Source: a bacterium (GTDB lineage: Bacteria; Hydrothermota; Tepidihabitantia; Tepidihabitantales; Tepidihabitantaceae). Taken from it: 54,303 nucleotides of DNA. The translations under genes and the position numbers were made by a program. The DNA is taken from NCBI GenBank assembly GCA_046485245.1, contig JAWOHG010000069.1, positions 1-54,303 of the forward strand. Direction: 5' to 3'. A model generated the notes under the pieces. It saw only the letters and a program-made list of their open reading frames with translations. It searched no databases and was not told the DNA's origin. Below, in pieces: positions 43,005-51,263 of this stretch (positions within the stretch are counted from its first letter, which is position 1; every line of letters starts with the position of its first letter).

Positions 43005-43456
43005 GCGATTGTCGATTGACGGGCAGCCCCTCTCGCTACGCTCAGGGCGACTCGGCGTCGGATTGTCGATTGTCGATAGCCCGGCGGCGCACAGCTCACA
43101 GCTTACAGCCTACGGCTCACGGCAGGGCACATCTGACATCTGGTTTCTGACATCTCACCTCTGACCTCGCGTCCGCGATTCTGCACTCCCCATTCTGCCT
43201 TCTGACTTCTACATTCGCCCGCAGCGCAAGCGCACAGCTTGGGGCCGCAAACCACGGGACAGTCCCGTCGCCCCGGTCCGCTAGGTACAATCCCGGGTTT
43301 GCTCGGCTCACGGTTCACTCGCATCGCTTTGACATTTGGCCTTTGGCCTTTGGCTTTTGACTTAGTCCGGTGCCCGCTTCTGCATTCCCCATTCTGCCTT
43401 CTGACTTCTGCATTCGCCCGGCGATCCCTCGTCGGCGTCGGGATGACACCCCGCGG
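43005..43456 (+). repeat. Composite intergenic repeat R1 (long copy)
   Basis: 43005-43095 matches 44569-44659 at 90 of 91 nt. 43061-43221 reads as 23 heptads in one register. A second ANNCAGA-type block (reverse orientation) lies at 43377-43420. The end ...GGCGATCCCTCGTCGGCGTCGGGATGACACCCCGCGG matches the end of R2. Confidence 0.85.
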
Positions 43457-43514
43457 TACTTGAAATGGCGGCCTCGACTCTGCACACCCCCCTGCCTGCG
43501 TCCCAGTTTTCTTC

Positions 43515-43544
43515 TTGACATTGGTATTTCGTAGTCCAAACTAT
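43515..43544 (+). promoter_or_regulatory. Promoter/operator module TTGACA-N17/18-(A)AACTAT, 4-5 nt before GTG 43549
   Basis: cTTGACAttggtatttcgtagtccAAACTATttatGTG. Shares CTTGACATTGRTATTTCG, CAAACTAT and TGTGAYTGA with 37086-37128. Confidence 0.55.
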
Positions 43545-43548
43545 TTAT

Positions 43549-44583
43549 GTGACTGACATTCGACAGGCCAGCGCTACGCCCGGCCGGCTGGTCGCGGTGA
43601 CCGGGGCGGCCGGGCACCTGGGCAACGTGCTGGTGCGCCGGCTGGTCGAGGCGGGCCGGCCGGTGCGGGCGGTGGTGGCGCCGTTCGACGACCGGGGCGC
43701 GCTCGCCGGGCTGCCGGTCGAGTTCGCGGCGGCGGACGTACGCGACCCGGCCGCGCTCGAGCGGGCGTTCGCCGGGGCCGACACGGTGTTCCACCTGGCC
43801 GGGGTCATCACCATCCAGTCGGGCCAGGCGCGGTTGCTCGAGGCGGTCAACGTCGCGGGCACGCGCAACGCGATCGCTGCCTGCCGGGCCGCCGGGGTGC
43901 GCCGACTGGTCTACTCCAGCTCGGTCCACGCGTTACCCGAGCCACCGCACGGCCTGGCGGTGTGCGAGACGGGCGAGTTCCGGCCGGATGCCGTGCTCGG
44001 CGACTATGCCCGGTCCAAGGCGCGGGCCAGCATCGAGGTCAGGCGCGCGGCGCTGGACGGGCTCGACGCCGTGATGGTGTTCCCGTCGGGCATCATCGGG
44101 CCGCACGACTGGCGGCCGTCCGAGATGGGCCGGCTGTTCATCGCCTATGCCCGCGGCAGGATGCGGGCCGTGGTCGACGGTGGTTATGACTTCGTGGACG
44201 TGCGCGACGTGGCCGACGCGCTAATCAGCGCGGCCGAGCGCGGGCGCAGGGGAGAAGGGTACCTCGTGTCGGGGCATCGCATCACGGTGCGCGGCCTGTT
44301 CCGCCTGCTGGGCGAGTTCACCGGCGTGCGGCCGCCGCGGCTCAAGGTGCCGTTCCCGCTCGCGCGCGCCGGCGCGGCGCTGGCGCCGCTGTGGGCTCGA
44401 CTCACCCGTTCCAGCCCCCTGTTCACACCCTACTCGCTCGCGGTCCTGCGCTCTAACTGCGTGATGAACCGGTCCAAGGCCGAGCACGAATTCGGTTTCA
44501 GGCCGCGCCCACTGCGCGATACCGTGCTCGATACACTGGGTTGGTTCCGCTCGGTTGGGATGCTTGCTGCGATTGTCGAATGA
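43549..44583 (+). CDS. NAD(P)-dependent epimerase/dehydratase (extended SDR family)
   Basis: VTGAAGHLGNVLVRRL Rossmann motif and YARSK (YxxxK). 344 aa. The last five codons and the stop lie inside repeat R2. Confidence 0.88.
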   Translation: MTDIRQASATPGRLVAVTGAAGHLGNVLVRRLVEAGRPVRAVVAPFDDRGALAGLPVEFAAADVRDPAALERAFAGADTVFHLAGVITIQSGQARLLEAVNVAGTRNAIAACRAAGVRRLVYSSSVHALPEPPHGLAVCETGEFRPDAVLGDYARSKARASIEVRRAALDGLDAVMVFPSGIIGPHDWRPSEMGRLFIAYARGRMRAVVDGGYDFVDVRDVADALISAAERGRRGEGYLVSGHRITVRGLFRLLGEFTGVRPPRLKVPFPLARAGAALAPLWARLTRSSPLFTPYSLAVLRSNCVMNRSKAEHEFGFRPRPLRDTVLDTLGWFRSVGMLAAIVE

Positions 44584-44828
44584 CGGGCAGCCCCTCTCGC
44601 TACGCTCAGGGCGACTCGGCGTCGGATTGTCGATTGTCGATAGCCCGGCGGCGCACAGCCGACGGCCAATAGCTGACAGCTTACAGCTCGCGGCTCGCAG
44701 CAGGGCACCTCTGACATCTGGTCTCTGACATCTCACGTCTGACCTCGCGTCCCCGATTCTGCATTCAGTATTCTGCGTTCTGAATTCACCCGGCGATCCC
44801 TCCTCGGCGTCGGGATGACACCTCGCGG
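44569..44828 (+). repeat. Composite intergenic repeat R2 (short copy)
   Basis: Collinear with R1. 44625-44792 reads as 24 heptads in one register. Relative to R1 it has two more NNACAGC-type units and one fewer TCTGNNT-type unit. Confidence 0.85.
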
Positions 44829-44852
44829 CCGCGAACCGCGCGCCGCGTGCGC

Positions 44853-45002
44853 CTACGCGTGGTGCAGGACCCGGCCCGGGGTGCAGTCGGGACAGAAGTC
44901 GGACCGGCTCGTGTGGACCTCGAGGCAGTCCTCGCAGCACGGCCTGCCGCAATCGTCACATACGCAGTCGGTCATCCGGCCGCAGATTGAGCATTCTGAC
45001 AT
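44853..45002 (-). CDS. 49-aa Cys-rich zinc-finger microprotein
   Basis: The ATG at 45002 has GGAGG 7 nt upstream and its own TTGATT-16-TATAAT promoter. Sequence MSECSICGRMTDCVCDDCGRPCCEDCLEVHTSRSDFCPDCTPGRVLHHA (10 Cys; pattern CxxC-x7-CxxC-x3-CCxxC-x3-H-x8-CxxC). The track ORF begins 11 codons upstream. Confidence 0.7.
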   Translation of the reverse strand: MSECSICGRMTDCVCDDCGRPCCEDCLEVHTSRSDFCPDCTPGRVLHHA

Positions 45003-45055
45003 CTGACAACCTCCTGTGCGCCAGCGGGCGCGCATCTCACCAGTCTCTCGGGAAA

Positions 45056-45083
45056 ATTATACAGGAATTTCGGGATTAATCAA
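45056..45083 (-). promoter_or_regulatory. Near-consensus sigma70 promoter TTGATT-16-TATAAT for the zinc-finger microprotein
   Basis: Minus strand: cTTGATTaatcccgaaattcctgTATAATtttcccgag..., giving a leader of about 45 nt that ends caGGAGGttgtcagATG. Confidence 0.7.
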
Positions 45084-45100
45084 GACCGCCCGGCGGGAGA

Positions 45101-45233
45101 CGGTCAGGGGTCAGGGGACAGGGTTCGGGGATCAGCGTCCTGCCGTAAGCCGTGAGCTGTGAGCTGTAAGCTGGAAGGGGTCAGGGTTCAGGGTCCTGCC
45201 GTCAGCCGTAGGCTGTGAGCCGTGAGTCGTCAG
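45101..45233. repeat. 19-unit heptanucleotide array with a higher-order G-block/C-block structure
   Basis: CGGTCAG GGGTCAG GGGACAG GGTTCGG GGATCAG CGTCCTG CCGTAAG CCGTGAG CTGTGAG CTGTAAG CTGGAAG GGGTCAG GGTTCAG GGTCCTG CCGTCAG CCGTAGG CTGTGAG CCGTGAG TCGTCAG. Confidence 0.85.
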
Positions 45234-45323
45234 CAGTCCAGTCACCGCGAGCGCAGCGTGGCGGTCTTCCTCAGAAGATTGCCACGGCCGCCAAAGCGGC
45301 CTCGCAATGACCAACCTCCTGAT

Positions 45324-45420
45324 GTCAGCCGCGAGCCGGGAGATTCCTCCAATCGCGCCTGCGGCGCTCCGTCGGAATGACAAGTGGGGTGGCGCTGGAC
45401 GGCGCTCCGTCGGAATGACA
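45324..45420 (+). repeat. Conserved intergenic module (copy 2) plus partial tandem copy
   Basis: The 43-nt core at 45340-45382 matches 15629-15671 at all but one position. GGCGCTCCGTCGGAATGACA is repeated at 45401-45420. Confidence 0.8.
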
Positions 45421-45475
45421 GGCCGCCAACCGGCGCGCGGGGCTGCACGTTCTTGTGGCGCTGAGGCGCGGGGGA

Positions 45476-45484
45476 TGGTAGAAT
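45476..45484 (+). promoter_or_regulatory. Extended -10 promoter TGgTAGAAT, 8 nt before ATG 45493
   Basis: gaTGgTAGAATgcgctacaATGtcg. No SD sequence. Near-leaderless geometry for the first gene of the EPS operon. Confidence 0.55.
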
Positions 45485-45492
45485 GCGCTACA

Positions 45493-47355
45493 ATGTCGAG
45501 TTTGCATATCCGAAGGACAATTGGCGTCGCCGCGGCACTGCTGCTGGCAGTCGCCTGCACGGGGCGGGGCAAGCAGACCGGGGCCGCGAGCTCAGGCGAT
45601 GCGCTGGTATACCCGCGGGTGCTGTTTCTGACCACGGGCTCGGACGGCCTGGGGCAACTGCCGTCCGGCGCCAACATCTGCCTTGAGGCTTTCAACGGGC
45701 TGGGCGCGTTCGCCGAGGTCGCGGACAAGTCGGTGCTGCTGGAACGCGCGCGGCTGGATTCGGTGCGCATCATCGTCGCGCCGACCATCGCGGGGTACCA
45801 CGATGGTGACCGGCTGTTTTCGCTGTCGTTCCTCGACAGCGCCGGGATGGCGAACCTGGCCGAGTGGGTGCGCTCGGGCGGCATCCTCATCGCGGGCGAG
45901 AACATCGGCCGCAACACGGTCGAGGGCGAGGACCGCGCGATTTCGGGCGGGGTCGTGGAGGCTTCGGAGTGGCCGCTGGCCGAGGTGTTCGGCTACTCGA
46001 TGCGCGAGGTGAACCTGACCGGGTTCCGGATGGTGAAGGACTCGGCCGCAGGCCTGCTCGACGGTTACCGGGATGACCTCACGCGGACGCTCGAGGGCGA
46101 CTGGCTGCTGGTGCCGGCGGAGTCGGCCGGCGGCTTCCGCACGCTCGCACGCTGGACCGACGGCAGCACCAGCTACCCGGCCGTGACCGCCAACCCGTGC
46201 GGCCGGGGTTGGGGCATACTGGTGCCGCACTTCCTGCTGCTGCAGCCTTCGATTGACGGCGGGGCCGGCGACGCATCCGCGATTGCCGGGTTCTGGCGCG
46301 GGGTGTTCGCGCTGGCATTGGGCGACGGGCCGGCGGTGTGCTTCAACCCGTGGCCCGGGCCGTATCGCAGCGCGCTGGCCGTGACCTTGAACGAGGCGGG
46401 CGGGGACAGCGCTGTCCCGGGGCCGAAGGCGATGCTGGCCGAGCTGCTGCGCACCGGCGGCATGGACCGCGTCACGGTGTTCGCGACGGGCCTGGTGCCG
46501 GGACCGGTGCTCGACTACCTGAAGGGCGACGGCCGGGTGGAGCTGGCCAGCCTGAGCTTCCGCCACCCGCGGTTCTCGGACCTGGACTACTGCCGCACGC
46601 TGTGGGAACTGGCCCGGTTCGAGGACCACGTGCGCCGGCCGGTGCGGGGTTTCCGTTTCCCGTTCAGCAACCGCACCGCGGCCGGGATGTTTATCCTGAG
46701 CCGGCGCGGCTACAAGTACGAGTCGTCGATACACGTCGATCACGCGACCGGGTACGCCGGCGCGCTGTTTCCCTACAACATCCCGACCTGGGTCCAGGAC
46801 CAGTACTGCCTGGTCACCTCGATGCTGGAGCTGTCGCCGACCGTGGAGGACTGGAGCTACTTCGGCGCCGGGGCGCTGGCGTCGAGCTATCCCAAGGCGG
46901 TGCAGGAGCGGGACGCGCAGCGGTTCGGGGCGCGTCTGCAGGCAGCCTGGCGTGACCTGGTGCGCGCGCGGCGGGGGATGATGGTGCTGAGCCTGCACGC
47001 GCTGTACTCCGGACACTCCCCGACGACGCTGGCGCCGGCAATGGCGTTCCTGGCCGAGGCGGCCGGGGCGGGCGACGTTTGGCTGGCCGGGCTGGAGGAC
47101 ATCGCGGACTGGTGGAATGCGCGGCGCAACGTCGACATACGCGTTCAGGCGAAGCAAGACCGCACCGTGGTGAGTCTAACCAATCGTAACCCGGAACCGG
47201 TGCGCGGCCTGACCATACGGCTGGACGACCCGGCCCTCAATGCAACCGCGCGGGGAGTGACCCTGCGCCGTCTGGAGCGAACCGAGGATGACGGGGTTTT
47301 TGTCTATTTGACGTTCGACCTCGTGACTGACGGCGAGGTGGAGGTTCACCGATGA
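45493..47355 (+). CDS. Lipoprotein of the EPS locus, with a GATase1-like N-terminal fold and a degenerate NodB-like C-terminal region (tentative)
   Basis: Start moved to the ATG at 45493 (MSSLHIRRTIGVAAALLLAVAC lipobox). The upstream 62 track codons run through the conserved repeat module. C-terminal FRHPRF and FRFPFSN resemble NodB motifs, but no TFDDG is present. Confidence 0.7.
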   Translation: MSSLHIRRTIGVAAALLLAVACTGRGKQTGAASSGDALVYPRVLFLTTGSDGLGQLPSGANICLEAFNGLGAFAEVADKSVLLERARLDSVRIIVAPTIAGYHDGDRLFSLSFLDSAGMANLAEWVRSGGILIAGENIGRNTVEGEDRAISGGVVEASEWPLAEVFGYSMREVNLTGFRMVKDSAAGLLDGYRDDLTRTLEGDWLLVPAESAGGFRTLARWTDGSTSYPAVTANPCGRGWGILVPHFLLLQPSIDGGAGDASAIAGFWRGVFALALGDGPAVCFNPWPGPYRSALAVTLNEAGGDSAVPGPKAMLAELLRTGGMDRVTVFATGLVPGPVLDYLKGDGRVELASLSFRHPRFSDLDYCRTLWELARFEDHVRRPVRGFRFPFSNRTAAGMFILSRRGYKYESSIHVDHATGYAGALFPYNIPTWVQDQYCLVTSMLELSPTVEDWSYFGAGALASSYPKAVQERDAQRFGARLQAAWRDLVRARRGMMVLSLHALYSGHSPTTLAPAMAFLAEAAGAGDVWLAGLEDIADWWNARRNVDIRVQAKQDRTVVSLTNRNPEPVRGLTIRLDDPALNATARGVTLRRLERTEDDGVFVYLTFDLVTDGEVEVHR

Positions 47356-48026
47356 CACCTGACGGAGTCAACCCGCGCCGGCGCATCGCGGCGGCATTGC
47401 TCGCATCGTTCGGCCTGCTCGCGGTCGGCTGCGCCGACCTCACGTACGACGCGACGCCGCCGTACGTGGCCGTGCTGTACCCGGTCAGCTGGAGCACTTT
47501 CGGGCAGGACACCATCGACATCCAGGCCGACGCGTACGACAACCGCAAGCTCGAGCGCGTGGTGTTCTATGCCGACGGGGAGAGCATCGCCGCGGTCGCG
47601 GCCGCGCCGTTTACTGCGCGCTGGTACCCCGATACGCTCGGCGGCCACACGGTCCACTGCGTGGCCTGGGACGAGGCCGGCAACGAGGCGCACACGCAGC
47701 CGGTCATCGTCACCATCGCCTCGTCCGCCCCCTTGCCCGACCGCGAGCCGCCCTATGTCGCGCTGGTGCGGCCGGCGTCGTGGTCGGTGGTGACCGACAC
47801 CGCCCGCGTCGAGGCCATCGCGTCGGATAACCGGGGAGTGAGCGAGGTGGCGTTTTTCCTGAACGGCGACCCGCTGGCCGTGGTGCAGTCCGCGCCCTGG
47901 ATTCACTACTGGGACAGCCGTTCGGTCCCCAACGGCTACCACACCATCTACGCGTTCGCGTCGGACTCGAGCGGCAACCGGGCGTATTCCGTGGTCATCA
48001 CGGTCGACGTCCGGAACGCGCGTTAG
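47352..48026 (+). CDS. Lipoprotein with two Ig-like (Big-type) domains
   Basis: ATGA coupling. Lipobox LLAVGC. Two repeats: PPYVAxxxPxSWS...DNRxxxxVxFxxxG...A.D..GN. Confidence 0.75.
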   Translation: MTPDGVNPRRRIAAALLASFGLLAVGCADLTYDATPPYVAVLYPVSWSTFGQDTIDIQADAYDNRKLERVVFYADGESIAAVAAAPFTARWYPDTLGGHTVHCVAWDEAGNEAHTQPVIVTIASSAPLPDREPPYVALVRPASWSVVTDTARVEAIASDNRGVSEVAFFLNGDPLAVVQSAPWIHYWDSRSVPNGYHTIYAFASDSSGNRAYSVVITVDVRNAR

Positions 48027-48041
48027 CGGCCGCCGGGACTG

Positions 48042-49499
48042 ATGGCCCTGCGCGTCGCGGTCGACCTGCTGGCAATCTACTTCGGGCTGGACGTCCTGCT
48101 GAACATCGCTTTCCTCGTCGTGTTCCTCGTGGTGTTTCGCCGGCCGTCGCCGGCCGCGCCAGCGCCCAAGCCGGGCGCCGGCGCCGGCGTCGCGATACTG
48201 GTGCCGGCGCACAACGAGGCCGCGACCGTGGTCGAGAGCGTGTGCTCGCTGCTCGCTCTGGACTACCCGGAGTACGAGGTGATTGTCATCAACGACGGGT
48301 CGACCGACTCGACGCTCGATGCGCTTGTCCGGGCCTTTGACCTGCGGCCCGATGCGACCGTCTACACCGACGTGCTCGGCACGGCGCCGGTGCGGCAGGT
48401 TTTCGTCTCGGGTTCGGATTCGCGGCTGCGGGCCGTGGACAAGCTTAACTCGGGCAAGGCCGACTCGCTCAACGTCGGGCTCGCCCTCACCGCAATGCCC
48501 CTGGTCGTGACGCTGGACTCCGACTCGCTGCTCGCGCCGTCGGCTTTGGGCCGGCTGGCCGGGCTGTTCCGCTCGCGCAACGCCGCCGCGGCGGGCGGGC
48601 TGATAACCGCGGCCAACGGCGCGCAGGTCGAGTTCGGCCGCGTCGTGACCGCGCACCTGCCGCGGCAGGCGCTGGTGATGTTCCAGTTGGTAGAGTACCT
48701 GATGTCTTACACGGTCGGCCGCATCGCGCAGTCCGCGGCCGGCGCCCTGATGGTGCTGTCGGGCGCGTTCACGATGTTCGACCGGAAGCTGCTGCTTGAG
48801 TGCGGCGGCTTCTTGACCCGCAACAACCGGCACGCCTACATCCGGGGCATCACGCGCGGCCGGCCGGCCGGTACCGTCTGCGAGGACATGGAGGTCATCG
48901 TGCGCCTGCACCGTTATACCCGTGAGCAGAAGCTGCGCCGGCCGGTCGTGTTCGATCCGTGGCCGGTGGCGTGGACCGAGGTGCCGTCGACGCTCGGGCA
49001 ACTGGCCCGGCAGCGCAACCGGTGGCAGCGCGGCCTGCTCGAGTCGCTGGTCCTGCACCGGTCGATGTGGTTTGAGCCGGCCTACGGCGCGGCCGGGCTG
49101 CTGGGCGTGCCGTACCAGTTGCTGTACGTGGCCATCGCGCCGCTGGCCCAGGTTGCCGGGCTGGCCCTGCTGGTGTGGCTGGCCGTGTCGGGCGAGGCTA
49201 ACGCGTGGTGGCTTTTGGGCGCGCTCGGGGCGACCGCGCTGGGCGGCGGGGTCATCGCCGCGCTCGTAACGACCGCGGTCGAGCGCCGGTTCGCGCACCA
49301 GTCGGCGGTGAACCTCGAGGCGATGCGCTACCGTTCGTTTTGGGACTGGCTGCGGCTGGTGGCGTACGCGATGGTCAGCGGGCCGGTGTACGGGCCGCTG
49401 CGGGCCGCGTTCCAGCTCTGGGGCACGTGGGACTGGCTCGTGGGCCAGAAGTCGTGGTACAAGTTCGAGCGCACCGGGTTCGGCAAGGCGGCGCCGTGA
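48042..49499 (+). CDS. Processive family-2 glycosyltransferase (PgaC/IcaA/NodC-like synthase)
   Basis: ILVPAHNE, VIVINDGSTD, GKADSLN, LDSDS (D,D,D signature), CEDMEV and QRNRWQRG (QxxRW) motifs. N- and C-terminal TM helices. Confidence 0.9.
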   Translation: MALRVAVDLLAIYFGLDVLLNIAFLVVFLVVFRRPSPAAPAPKPGAGAGVAILVPAHNEAATVVESVCSLLALDYPEYEVIVINDGSTDSTLDALVRAFDLRPDATVYTDVLGTAPVRQVFVSGSDSRLRAVDKLNSGKADSLNVGLALTAMPLVVTLDSDSLLAPSALGRLAGLFRSRNAAAAGGLITAANGAQVEFGRVVTAHLPRQALVMFQLVEYLMSYTVGRIAQSAAGALMVLSGAFTMFDRKLLLECGGFLTRNNRHAYIRGITRGRPAGTVCEDMEVIVRLHRYTREQKLRRPVVFDPWPVAWTEVPSTLGQLARQRNRWQRGLLESLVLHRSMWFEPAYGAAGLLGVPYQLLYVAIAPLAQVAGLALLVWLAVSGEANAWWLLGALGATALGGGVIAALVTTAVERRFAHQSAVNLEAMRYRSFWDWLRLVAYAMVSGPVYGPLRAAFQLWGTWDWLVGQKSWYKFERTGFGKAAP

Positions 49500-51262
49500 T
49501 AGCGCTGCTGCTTGCATTGCTGGCGGTCGAGCCGATAAGCATCGCCGAGGTGCACCGGCTGGTCGAGGCCGGGCAGGCCGGGGACGCGCTCGAGCGCATC
49601 ACGGCCACGGCACAGGCCAACCCGACCGACATTCCACTGCAGAAGGCTTTGGCACTGGTCCTGCGTTCGGTCGGCTCAACCGACTCGGCCGTGGCAATCT
49701 ACGACCGGCTGCTCGAGGTTGACCCGGCTGACGACGACGCGCGCGCCGGCCGGGAGATTGCGCTGTCGATGAGGCCGGCGCCGGCCGAGCCGATTATCAG
49801 AGTGGCCGAGGTGCACGAACTGGTGAACGCCGGCCGGGCCGGCGAGGCCAGGGAGCGCATCGAGGCGGCCGCGCGCGCCAACCCGTCCGACCGGGATTTG
49901 CGCAAGGCGCTCGCGCTCGTCCTGCGCAGCGTGGGCGAGCTGGATTCGGCCATCGCGGTGTACGACCGCCTGCTGGTCGAGGACAAGGCCGACGACGACA
50001 CGCGGCTGGGCAAGGCAATCACGCTGTCGTGGCAGGACCGGCTGGACGCGGCACAGGCGACCTACGCCGAGGTCGGCCCGCAGAGCCAGCAGTATTTCGA
50101 GGCGCTCGTGGGCAAGGCCCAGGTCGCGGCGTGGTCGGGCCGGCACTCCGACGCGCTGCGCTGGCTGGAGGAGGCCGAGGCACTGGACCCTTCGAGCCGC
50201 ATAGTGCAGCAGCGCCGGGCCCAGGTGCTGTCGTGGTCCGGGGACCACGCGGCGGCAATCCGGCTGTACGAGCGCCTGGTCGAGCAGTCGCCGGACAACG
50301 CCGACCTGTGGTTCGGGCTCGGGCAGAACTACGAGTGGACCGAGCGGCCGGCAGCGGCGCGGCGCTGCTACCAGCGGGCGCTGGAGCTTGCGCCCGGCCG
50401 CAAGGAGTTTGTCGAGGCGGCCACGCGCGCTGCGGCGGCCTCTTCGCCGCGCGTGCGGGTCGAGGCCGCGAGCGCTTCCGACTTCGACGGCGACGTGCAG
50501 GGGACATACCGCGACTACCGGTTCCGTTACGAACACCGGTCCTGGGACCGGCTCGTCCCGAGCGCGGCGGTGTCGTTGTCGAGCAACCGGCGGGGCGCGC
50601 TGGGCCGGGACTACCTGCTGGTGCGCGGCGCCGTGCTGTGGCGGCCGCTTTCGTGGCTGCGGGTGACGGGCCAGGCGCAGGGCGACGCGCTGCAGTTCGG
50701 GCTCAAAGCGGCCACGCTGGGCTGGGAAGCGGACCGGGCCTGGCTGTCGTGGTCGGGCGAGGCGGGCCGCGTGCTGTTCGAGCCGGCGCAGGACCTCGGC
50801 GCGCTATCGAGCTGGACCGCGCTCGCGGCGCGGCCCCTGCCGCGGCTGCGGCTGGACGCCCGGGCCGCGCGTCTGCGGGTCACGCGCGACGGCAACGTCA
50901 AGACCGCGCTGTCGGCCGGGGCCGGGTTTGACGTCGTGGCAAAACCGCGGCTCACGGTCAGCTACAACTTCAGCTACGACGACTTCGCCGTGAAGTCGCC
51001 GCTGTACTACTCGCCGCAGGACCTGGTCACCAACACGCTCGGCGCCGGCATCCGGCTGCGCCGGGACCGCTGGGGCGTGTCGGCCGACGCGGCCGGCGGC
51101 CTGAACGCCGACGACGAGTGGGTCGCTCGGGCCAACGCCGCGTTCGACTGGGAATTCGTGCGCCGGACAACCGTTGCGCTGGACGCGGGCTTCGCGCGGA
51201 CCGCGGGCAGGGGGCAGTATGTCTACGGCAGTGTCGGGCTGTCGGTCAGCCGGGCATTCTAG
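49496..51262 (+). CDS. TPR-plus-beta-barrel outer-membrane export protein (PgaA/BcsC/PelB-like architecture)
   Basis: The GTG at 49496 overlaps the GT2 stop (GTGA). N-terminal TPR region with an internal roughly 80-aa duplication. The C-terminal half has a beta-strand pattern and ends LSVSRAF. Confidence 0.75.
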   Translation: MIALLLALLAVEPISIAEVHRLVEAGQAGDALERITATAQANPTDIPLQKALALVLRSVGSTDSAVAIYDRLLEVDPADDDARAGREIALSMRPAPAEPIIRVAEVHELVNAGRAGEARERIEAAARANPSDRDLRKALALVLRSVGELDSAIAVYDRLLVEDKADDDTRLGKAITLSWQDRLDAAQATYAEVGPQSQQYFEALVGKAQVAAWSGRHSDALRWLEEAEALDPSSRIVQQRRAQVLSWSGDHAAAIRLYERLVEQSPDNADLWFGLGQNYEWTERPAAARRCYQRALELAPGRKEFVEAATRAAAASSPRVRVEAASASDFDGDVQGTYRDYRFRYEHRSWDRLVPSAAVSLSSNRRGALGRDYLLVRGAVLWRPLSWLRVTGQAQGDALQFGLKAATLGWEADRAWLSWSGEAGRVLFEPAQDLGALSSWTALAARPLPRLRLDARAARLRVTRDGNVKTALSAGAGFDVVAKPRLTVSYNFSYDDFAVKSPLYYSPQDLVTNTLGAGIRLRRDRWGVSADAAGGLNADDEWVARANAAFDWEFVRRTTVALDAGFARTAGRGQYVYGSVGLSVSRAF

Positions 51263-51263
51263 G

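Noticed and set aside
37121-44583. Assigning the RND protein and the SDR enzyme to hopanoid transport and modification (HpnN/HpnA)
   Set aside because: No squalene-hopene cyclase or other hpn genes occur in the window, and the similarity is at superfamily level only. I left the calls generic.
43315-44952. Minus-strand ORFs 43315-43929 and 44221-44952 overlapping the SDR gene and repeat R2
   Set aside because: They are antisense to a gene with Rossmann and YxxxK motifs, their composition is Arg/Pro-rich, and part of one merely translates the repeat.
42223-45233. Possibility that the repeat-rich spacers are CRISPR arrays
   Set aside because: The units are 7 nt, contiguous and degenerate. There is no alternation of 25-40-nt repeats with unique spacers, and no cas genes are present.
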